A stretch of 50,030 nucleotides of DNA from Chloroflexota bacterium (lineage in GTDB: Bacteria > Chloroflexota > Limnocylindria > Limnocylindrales > Limnocylindraceae): positions 1 to 50,030 of the forward strand of contig JAPLHQ010000074.1 in NCBI GenBank assembly GCA_026389555.1, given 5' to 3'. The notes under the pieces are model-generated. The model had not been told where the DNA came from. It searched no databases and saw only the letters and a program-made list of their open reading frames with translations. The translations under genes and the position numbers were made by a program. Within the stretch, counting starts at the first letter, position 1. Every line of letters starts with the position of its first letter. Shown here one piece after another: positions 42,798 to 50,030 of this stretch.

Positions 42798-43901
42798 TCA
42801 CCTTGCCGCTAGGCGCTGCAGCGCCTCGGCGATCTGCAGCGCGGCGTTCGGCTGCGCCAACGATGCGGCGGCTGTGCCGATCCGCTGACGTGCAGCGGGA
42901 TCAGCAAGCACTGTCAACTCTTGGCGAAGACGCTCTGGTGTCAGGTCCGCATCATCAATAAGAATGGTTCCGCCAGCGGCGGCGAGCGCCTCCGCATTGG
43001 CGCGCTGATGGCCACCAGCGTATGGATATGGGACTGCGATCGATGCGAGGCCAAGTGCCGCCGCCTCCGCAAGTGTTGATGCACCGGCGCGGCCAAGGAG
43101 GAGATCAGCGGCGACGAGCGCCTCCTCCATCTCTCCGCCGTGAAGAAAGGCGTACGGAAGATAACGCGACTGCAGGTCGGCAGGGAGCCCTCGCTTCGCT
43201 GACTCAGCCTCTGCAAGTCCATCCGCAACGATGTGAATGATCTGCCATGTGGCAAGGAGTTCCGTGAGGACCCCAGAGAGCGCGCGCTCAAAGCGCACCA
43301 CGCGTTGTGAACCGCCGAAGATCAAGAGGAGCGGGGTCCCTTCGGCGACTCCGAGCCGTGCACGTGCCGCCGTGCGATCACGGCCGGCGAAACTGCGCAC
43401 CGGCGTCCCTGTAACTAGCGTCTCGCGACCACTCCACGGCGCCTTGGTCGCAGTCGCCGCCCACGCTACTGCGCGTGCACTGGCGAGCGGCGCAATCAGG
43501 CGATTGCTGCGACCCGCCTGCACATTCCCCTCCCAGATCAGGCTTGGGGTGCGCGTTAACGTGGCGGCGATCAGCGCAGGGATCGCAATGTAGCCACCGG
43601 TCGAGAAGAGCACGTCAGGGCGAACTCGCAACAGATAGCGCACCGCTTGAGGGATAGAGATGACGAGCGCGATCGCGTCGCGCAGCGTTGCGGCGAACCC
43701 TGCGCCACTCATGCGCAGACTCGGCGCGGCGAGGAGTGTCAACGGGTAGCCCTCAAGGGGGAGGAGCTCACGCTCGATCCCGCGCTGACCACCGAGCCAG
43801 TGGATCTCAGCGTCTGGATGTTGCTGTCGGAGCGTACGGGCCACGGCGAATCCCGGGAAGAGATGTCCCCCCGTTCCGCCGCCCGCGATCACTACGCGCA
43901 T
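42798..43901 (-). CDS. murG: Undecaprenyl-PP-MurNAc-pentapeptide GlcNAc transferase
   Basis: MRVVIAGGGTGGHLFP, STGGY, FGGSQ, RAGASTLAE and HQRANA. Confidence 0.95.
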   Translation of the reverse strand: MRVVIAGGGTGGHLFPGFAVARTLRQQHPDAEIHWLGGQRGIERELLPLEGYPLTLLAAPSLRMSGAGFAATLRDAIALVISIPQAVRYLLRVRPDVLFSTGGYIAIPALIAATLTRTPSLIWEGNVQAGRSNRLIAPLASARAVAWAATATKAPWSGRETLVTGTPVRSFAGRDRTAARARLGVAEGTPLLLIFGGSQRVVRFERALSGVLTELLATWQIIHIVADGLAEAESAKRGLPADLQSRYLPYAFLHGGEMEEALVAADLLLGRAGASTLAEAAALGLASIAVPYPYAGGHQRANAEALAAAGGTILIDDADLTPERLRQELTVLADPAARQRIGTAAASLAQPNAALQIAEALQRLAAR

Positions 43902-45123
43902 CGTTCCCTCCGATCTCCTTGCCCCCCATCGTCTCACGCGAGACGGAGAGGAGGAGCCCAATGGCAGACATCAGCACCAAGAGCGACGAACCACCCTGCG
44001 AAAGGAGTGGGAGCGGCACACCAGTCACGGGGAGGAGGGCAAGCACCACTCCAATATTCATGAAGGCTTGCCCGCAAATCCAGACAACGATCCCAGTCGC
44101 CAAGAGTGCGCCAAAGGTGTCTGGGGCGCGACGCGCAACGCGCAGTCCGCGCACGGCGAGGAGGAGGAAGGCGAAGATCACGGCGCTGGTACCGAGCGCC
44201 CCGAACTCTTCACCAACAACGGCAAAGATGTAGTCGTTCCAGGCGTACGGGATGATCACCCCACCGAGCTGCTGTGAGGTGCCGATCCCGGTTCCAAGCG
44301 GACCACCGACAGCGATCGCGATGAGCCCCTGCAGCGTCTGATAGGAGCTTCCCATCGGATCTGAGAAGGGGTCCATCCAGTTGCCAAGGCGTGCCGCCTG
44401 GTATTCCCGCAGTGAGATCCCAATGATCCCGACCGCCACCGCGAGTACCGCTGGGCCGAAGACCCAACGAAGGGGGGCGCCCGCAGTAAAGAAGACGGCG
44501 AATCCAACGCCAGCCATCACCGTTGCAGTGCCAAGATCCGGCTCCACCAGCACCAGACCGAACGAGAGACCGATCGCAAGAAGCGCCGGGAGGAGTGTTG
44601 ACTGCTCAGCCATCGCATGGCCGCGCCGTGAGAGGAAGTCGGCGAGGAAGAGGACGAGGGCGAGCTTCGCCACCTCTGCAGCATGGATACTTATTGGACC
44701 AACGGTGAGTGCACGACGGAGCCCCTGCTCGGTTGGGAGCACCATCACTGCGCAGAGCAGCCCGAACGCGACGAAGAGGAGCGGTGTGGAGAGTGATCTC
44801 CAGCGGCGATAATCCCACTGCGAGAGGAGCGCCATGGCACCGAGGCCACACGCGGCGAAGAGTGCCTGCCTCCAACCCATGAAGTACGGGTCGTCAGTTG
44901 CGGCGAGCGAGTTCAGCGCAGATGAAGAGAAGACCATCAGGACGCCAAGCGCAACCAGGAAGAGCGCTGGCAGAAGGATCCACTGATCCTCTGGCGGTCG
45001 CTGGACGCGCAAGATGGAGGCAATGACACGCTGCGCAGAGAGTGCTGTGCGTGGCTCACGCTGCGGTGAGAGGCGCACGCCACCAATCGGCGTCCCGGCC
45101 ACGCGGCGGACGATGCGACTCAT
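43807..45123 (-). CDS. ftsW: SEDS peptidoglycan polymerase FtsW
   Basis: Multi-TM protein with LMVFSSS, EPDLGTA, DYIFAVVGEEFG and TGVPLPLLSQGGSS. Confidence 0.93.
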   Translation of the reverse strand: MSRIVRRVAGTPIGGVRLSPQREPRTALSAQRVIASILRVQRPPEDQWILLPALFLVALGVLMVFSSSALNSLAATDDPYFMGWRQALFAACGLGAMALLSQWDYRRWRSLSTPLLFVAFGLLCAVMVLPTEQGLRRALTVGPISIHAAEVAKLALVLFLADFLSRRGHAMAEQSTLLPALLAIGLSFGLVLVEPDLGTATVMAGVGFAVFFTAGAPLRWVFGPAVLAVAVGIIGISLREYQAARLGNWMDPFSDPMGSSYQTLQGLIAIAVGGPLGTGIGTSQQLGGVIIPYAWNDYIFAVVGEEFGALGTSAVIFAFLLLAVRGLRVARRAPDTFGALLATGIVVWICGQAFMNIGVVLALLPVTGVPLPLLSQGGSSLLVLMSAIGLLLSVSRETMGGKEIGGNDARSDRGRRNGGTSLPGIRRGPYAPTATSRR

Positions 45124-46703
45124 GCCCGGTGCTCCGCGGGAAGTTCGAGCACAGCGGCGCGGAAGGCATCACCACGCGCGCCGAACGGATTATTGAACAT
45201 GTCGAACGAGGAACCGATCGGACTCAACAACACCGTTCCACGCGCCTCACTCTCATGGAGTGATCCGCTCGCAGGATCCTTCGCCTCAGCGAGGAGCGCG
45301 CGCGCCATTGCACCACCACGCGCAGCAGCATCAGGGATGCTCGCTGCTCGATCTATTCGTTGAAGTCCGGCGCTTCGGAAGAGCCCTTCAAGCTCATCCG
45401 CCAGCTCGCCGAAGAGCACCGCACCACTGCACTGCGCGGCAATGATCGGGGCGAGCTCGGTCAGATCAAGCCCCTTGCTCCGTCCCCCCGCAAGTAAGAC
45501 GAGTGGCTTGCGGAAGCTGCGCACCGCCGCTGCAACCGCATCGGGCTGTGTCGCCTGCGCATCGTTGACGTAGCGAATCCCGTTGAGCACCGCGACCGTC
45601 TCGAGTCGGTGCGGGATACCGCGGAAGCCAGCGACCGCGGCGCGGATCGCATCTGGTGCAACCCCTGCAACGAGTCCAGCGCAAATCGCTGCAAGGACAT
45701 TACTGATGCTGTGATCGCCAGGAAGAGCGATCTCATCAACGGGCATAATCCTGCCCCCTGGGCCCGTCCCCGCAACTCCCCCACCGAAGCGTGCGGCGCG
45801 CGGCACACCCGCCGCAACGATCCAGCCGTCAACGATTCCGACGCCACCTGGCACGGGACGATCACGTCGATATCCAACAGTGGTCACACGCCCGATCCCA
45901 GCGAGCCCCGCCGTGACGGGGTCGTCGAGATTGACGATGAGGACGCCATCCGGATCTACGCGGTCGGCGAGGAGTCGCTTCACCTTGCGATACCCCTCAA
46001 CAGTGCCGTGACGATCAAGATGATCAACCGTGATGTTGGTGTAGACGGCAACATCCACGCTGCTGACAATCGTGGGGAGTTGTAGCTCTGATAACTCCAG
46101 CACAACGCGCGTTGCCTCAGAGAGGCCAGACGCCTTGCCGATCAGCGGAACGCCATTATTGCCACCGAGCTCCACGGGGCTGGTTGGATCAGCGGCAAGG
46201 ATCGTTGCGATCAGGTTGCTCGTAGAGGTCTTCCCCTTCGTCCCAGTGATCCCAATCCGCCAACGCGCACCGAGGAGGCGCAGCGTCCACTCTGGCTCAC
46301 TGATCAGGAGCGCCTCTCGCTTCGTTGTGTCTCCACCTGGGCCGATCGCGCGCGCGGCGTAGTCACGTAACGGTCCGGCAACCGACTCCTTCACTGACGG
46401 AAAGCCGAGTGTGACCGACGGGCTGTGCACGACAAGATCCGCCGTTGCAAGGAGTGGTGCGAGTGCGGCCCCAGCACCAAAGGCGAGCGTGACGCCGCCA
46501 GACGCAAAGCGATCGGTCGCCGCCTGAAGCGTCCCCGCCTCAGCGCTATCGTGCAGCGTGACGCTCGCTCCGTGCGCAGCGGCGAATTCAGCAACCGCCT
46601 GTCCCGTGCGCCCAGCACCAAGCACCACAACGCGCGTCCCCTTTAAGCTCCCCGCCGCAACGGCGGTGGCGCTCAGGTCGCTAAGCGAGAGCGCGCCACT
46701 CAC
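45120..46703 (-). CDS. murD: UDP-MurNAc-L-Ala--D-Glu ligase
   Basis: VLGAGRTG, ITGTKGKTST, DHLDRH, FRGIPHRLE and LLSP..SSFDMF. Confidence 0.92.
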   Translation of the reverse strand: MSGALSLSDLSATAVAAGSLKGTRVVVLGAGRTGQAVAEFAAAHGASVTLHDSAEAGTLQAATDRFASGGVTLAFGAGAALAPLLATADLVVHSPSVTLGFPSVKESVAGPLRDYAARAIGPGGDTTKREALLISEPEWTLRLLGARWRIGITGTKGKTSTSNLIATILAADPTSPVELGGNNGVPLIGKASGLSEATRVVLELSELQLPTIVSSVDVAVYTNITVDHLDRHGTVEGYRKVKRLLADRVDPDGVLIVNLDDPVTAGLAGIGRVTTVGYRRDRPVPGGVGIVDGWIVAAGVPRAARFGGGVAGTGPGGRIMPVDEIALPGDHSISNVLAAICAGLVAGVAPDAIRAAVAGFRGIPHRLETVAVLNGIRYVNDAQATQPDAVAAAVRSFRKPLVLLAGGRSKGLDLTELAPIIAAQCSGAVLFGELADELEGLFRSAGLQRIDRAASIPDAAARGGAMARALLAEAKDPASGSLHESEARGTVLLSPIGSSFDMFNNPFGARGDAFRAAVLELPAEHRA

Positions 46704-46705
46704 GG

Positions 46706-47680
46706 CTACGCCCCAACGCCGCGCGTGGCGAGAAAGACGACGATGCCGAGAATGCCGCCGATGGCACCGATCACCCAGAAGCGGAAGGTGATCTGTGTCT
46801 CCGCCCAGCCGAGTCGCTCAAAGTGGTGATGAATCGGCGTGAAGAGGAAGATGCGTCGACCGGTGAGCTTCACACTCGCCACCTGCAAGATCACCGAGCC
46901 GGTTTCAACCACGAAGATGATGCCGATCAGCGGGAGGAGCAGGATGTGGCCAGTCACAAGGCCCGTCACTGCGAGCGCGGCACCGAATCCGAGTGCCCCG
47001 GTATCGCCAATGATCACACTCGCCGGATGGATGTTGAACCAGAGGAAGCCAACGAGCGCTCCGGCGATGAGCGCGCAGATGATGGCAACGTTCAGCTGCC
47101 CTGGCGCATTCAGGAGTGCGATCACCATGTAGCTGATCCAGGCGAAGACCATCGTTCCGCCAGAGAGTCCATCAAGTCCGTCGGTGAGATTAACGCCGTT
47201 ACTCGTAGCGACGATTGCCACTACGGCGACGGTGATCCACAGGATCGGCGCGATCGGCACCTCACCAACGAGTGGGACGACGAGTGAGGCGAAGGCAAAG
47301 TGCTGCTGGATGTAGACCGCTGAGATGATGGAGACACCAATCTGCCAGAGCAGCTTCTGGCGCGCAGAGATGCCGATCCCAGTGCGCGCGTTGAGCCAAT
47401 CATCAAATGCACCGACGAGCGATACGCCCAGAAGTGCGAGGAGGATTGCGTAGGTTGAGGCATCCACTGCGTCGAGCAGGAGCGAGAGGGCAAGCACCAC
47501 CACGACAAGAAGTAGTCCACCCATTGTGGGTGTTCCCTCTTTCACAATGTGCCAATCGGGACCAAACTCACGGCGCACGCGCTTCCCGAATCCACTGTGT
47601 CGGAGCAGACGAAGGTAGGCGGGCATGAGCAGGCAGACGCAACCGAATGAGAGGACAAGTGCCTGAACAATAGCAATCAT
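46706..47680 (-). CDS. mraY: Phospho-N-acetylmuramoyl-pentapeptide transferase
   Basis: KEGTPTMGG, GAFDD, NGVNLTDGLDGL, GDTG and PIHHHFE. Confidence 0.96.
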   Translation of the reverse strand: MIAIVQALVLSFGCVCLLMPAYLRLLRHSGFGKRVRREFGPDWHIVKEGTPTMGGLLLVVVVLALSLLLDAVDASTYAILLALLGVSLVGAFDDWLNARTGIGISARQKLLWQIGVSIISAVYIQQHFAFASLVVPLVGEVPIAPILWITVAVVAIVATSNGVNLTDGLDGLSGGTMVFAWISYMVIALLNAPGQLNVAIICALIAGALVGFLWFNIHPASVIIGDTGALGFGAALAVTGLVTGHILLLPLIGIIFVVETGSVILQVASVKLTGRRIFLFTPIHHHFERLGWAETQITFRFWVIGAIGGILGIVVFLATRGVGA

Positions 47681-49167
47681 GCGTTGCCTCCAATTAGCCG
47701 CTCATCTAGCGCGGCGACGAGTCGCTCAAGCGCAACGGAGCGTGACGCCTTAACCAGCACCGTATCTCCAGTGCGCGCGCGATCGGCGATCAACCCTGCA
47801 CCCGCAATGATCCCCTGCTCGTCTGCTGAGAGCCGCACGATCTGATCAACTGGCATCCCTGCAGCGCGGGCACCGGCGGCGATTCCGTCCGCTTCAGTGC
47901 CGAAGACGAGCAGCATCGTCAAGCCGCTCTCAGCGGCTGCACGGCCGATCGCATCGTGCGCGGCGGCAGCGTATTCCCCAAGCTCTCCCATCGCCCCGAG
48001 CGCAGCGAAGCGCGCACCTGTTGCGCTAGAGAGCGTTGCAAGTGCCGCCGTCATGCTGCTCGGTGCGGCGTTATATGCATCGTCAATCAAGCGAACACCA
48101 CCGATGTTTCGCACGCTCGCCCGGCCGCTCGGTAGTTGCACCTCACTCAGACGGCTTGCAGCAGTACGCACGTCAAGGCCACACACCTTTGCCACCGCGA
48201 TCGCGAGTGCCGCAGATCGCGCAAACTGTGCACCGAAGAGCGGAAGATCAACCTGGAGTCGCTCTTCATCTACACGTAGCTCCACTCGAGTGCGCGCCGT
48301 CTCTTGGTCAAGCTCCACACTGAGGATGTGCACATCGGCCCCTTCAGCATGCCCAGCGGTAAGGACGCGTGCTGGCCCCCGTGCACCGAGTCGCATCACT
48401 CGGGCATCATCGGCGGCGAGGATCGCCCAGCCATCCGCCGGCAGGGAGGCGATGAGCTCCCCCTTTGCCAATTCAATCGCATCAAGTCCCCCAGCCCGTT
48501 CGGCGTGTACGGCATCAATCGCCGTAACCACGCCGATGCGTGGGCGCGCCATCGCACAGAGGGCGCTGATCTCGCCTCCAACGTACATCCCCATCTCCGC
48601 CACAAAGCGCTCCGTACCGTCTGGGAGATTCAAGAGCGCAAGCGGGAGTCCAATCTCATTGTTTGCATTCCCAGGCGTCGCTGCCACTCGCGCCGCCTGG
48701 CCGCCGAGTGCGCTGTAAATCGCCTCTTTGGTCGTCGTCTTCCCTACCGATCCAGTGACGCCAATCGTCTCCAGGTCAAAACGGGCACGCCATGCCGACG
48801 CAAGGCGACTCAACGCTGCCACACCGCTCGGAGCACTAAGGACAGAAACTCCGCGCTCAGCGGCCAGAGAGAGGGCGAACTGGAGATGTTCTTGGACGGC
48901 GCCGTCGCCACCCTCTTCGAGGAGGAGTGCGCCCGCCCCCTGTTCGATCGCATCGAGAAGGTGGAGGCGGCCATCCGTCGCTGATCCGGGGAGGGCAACA
49001 AAGAGCGTGCCGCGGTGTCCCGCAATGCGTCGTGAGTCAACCGCCGCGCCGCGAACTGGCGTCGTACCGTCGTGCAGCAGCGTGGCGCCAGCACAACGCG
49101 CCAACTCTGCGCCGCCAGTGGCAAGGACGCCGCTCACACGTGTCGCCTTCACGCTCGCCACACTCAT
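47677..49167 (-). CDS. murF: UDP-MurNAc-tripeptide--D-Ala-D-Ala ligase
   Basis: VDSRR, GVTGSVGKTTTKE, NNEIGLP, EMGM, IDDAYNA and VLVKASR. Confidence 0.94.
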   Translation of the reverse strand: MSVASVKATRVSGVLATGGAELARCAGATLLHDGTTPVRGAAVDSRRIAGHRGTLFVALPGSATDGRLHLLDAIEQGAGALLLEEGGDGAVQEHLQFALSLAAERGVSVLSAPSGVAALSRLASAWRARFDLETIGVTGSVGKTTTKEAIYSALGGQAARVAATPGNANNEIGLPLALLNLPDGTERFVAEMGMYVGGEISALCAMARPRIGVVTAIDAVHAERAGGLDAIELAKGELIASLPADGWAILAADDARVMRLGARGPARVLTAGHAEGADVHILSVELDQETARTRVELRVDEERLQVDLPLFGAQFARSAALAIAVAKVCGLDVRTAASRLSEVQLPSGRASVRNIGGVRLIDDAYNAAPSSMTAALATLSSATGARFAALGAMGELGEYAAAAHDAIGRAAAESGLTMLLVFGTEADGIAAGARAAGMPVDQIVRLSADEQGIIAGAGLIADRARTGDTVLVKASRSVALERLVAALDERLIGGNA

Positions 49168-50030
49168 GTCCGCCGCAACGCAGCCTGCCGACGAAGAGGG
49201 TCCCCGCCCACCAGCAGACCCACCAGAGCGGAGGGTTCTGGTGCCCTGTGGTGGGCGGGGGAAGTTGAGCCGCTCCCAGTTGCGGGTGCGGCGGGGGGAA
49301 TGTTGAAGAGTGAGGCAATCTCCTCTGCAATCCTGCGGAAGAGCTCAAAGGATTCAATGTTGTTCTGGATGTTCCCCTGCGTGTTCACGATCGGGGTTCC
49401 GCGTCGAACTGAGACGGCAACGACATACTCAGGGGCGGTACGACCGATCCAACCCACATAGGTGAAGTTGAAGTGGCGCTTATCCCAGCCCGCTTTACCG
49501 CCGTTCTTCTCTTTGGTGAGCCAGATCTGTGCGGTGCCACTCTTCCCGCCAGAAGCGTAGGAGGGGATGTCCGCCAGGCGGGTGTAAAGCGGCACGATCC
49601 GTGTGAGCCCCTTCGTCATCTCAATGATCTGTGACGAGACTCGCCCCGACGTTGCGAGCCCACGCGTGGTAATCGGCTGCTCAACACCGTTAATTGCGTG
49701 AACGATGCGAGGCCGAACGAGCACGCCACCATTGAGCATCGCGGAGTATGCGGTGGCGAGCTGCATCAGCGTTACGCTGACACCCTGTCCGAATGAACCG
49801 TTCGCAGATCAAGTTCGCTCCACCGTTGCTCTGCTGGGCTATTCACAAGTCCCTGGCTTTCGCCCGAGAGGTCAACCCCAGTCTTTCCGCCGAAGCCGAA
49901 ACGCAGCCAGGTTGCATAGAGTCGCTGTGAGGCCTCACTCGTACTCTTGCCGAGAGAGAGTGCGATCTTTGAGAAGATCACATTTCTACTCCACGCGAAC
50001 GCCTCACTCAGGGTGAGCGCACCCTTCGAC
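49164..50030 (-). pseudogene. ftsI: FtsI/PBP2-like class B penicillin-binding protein, C-terminal part, interrupted by a 1-bp frameshift (real lesion or sequencing error); 5' end outside the window
   Basis: The upstream frame carries SRN and FGFGGKTGVDLSGE. The downstream frame carries SFGQGVSVTLMQLATAY and KSGTAQ. The frames join only if one base is added between 49806 and 49805. Confidence 0.8.

Overview
High-GC bacterial chromosomal window of densely packed housekeeping genes, almost all on the minus strand, with many overlapping stop/start codons. The gene set and protein styles suggest a Chloroflexota-like organism, possibly Limnocylindria; this is inference only. Left to right: a partial ABC-F ATPase, mutM and polA; an ECF sigma factor with a membrane partner; two tRNA-Leu genes; menA-like prenyltransferase; dnaE; CoA-binding protein; gatB, an aminotransferase, gatA and gatC; ligA and pcrA; groEL/groES with a CIRCE element; tatD and metG; ssb; rsmI and nadE; a family-5 solute-binding lipoprotein; gcvH, gcvT and a Nudix hydrolase; acnA; tRNA-Val; and a dcw cluster (yggT, yggS, ftsZ, ftsA, ftsQ, ddl, murB, murG, ftsW, murD, mraY, murF and a frameshifted ftsI-like PBP). 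I found no mobile element, CRISPR array or defence island, and no self-contained new system. The most notable signals are: a recurring -10-like hexamer exactly 6 nt before start codons (leaderless architecture), a MetRS with a non-canonical HIGH motif, an orphan solute-binding protein with a roughly 120-aa insertion, a Cys-free two-TM partner of the ECF sigma, a 1-bp frameshift in ftsI, and a dcw cluster lacking murC/murE at their usual positions.
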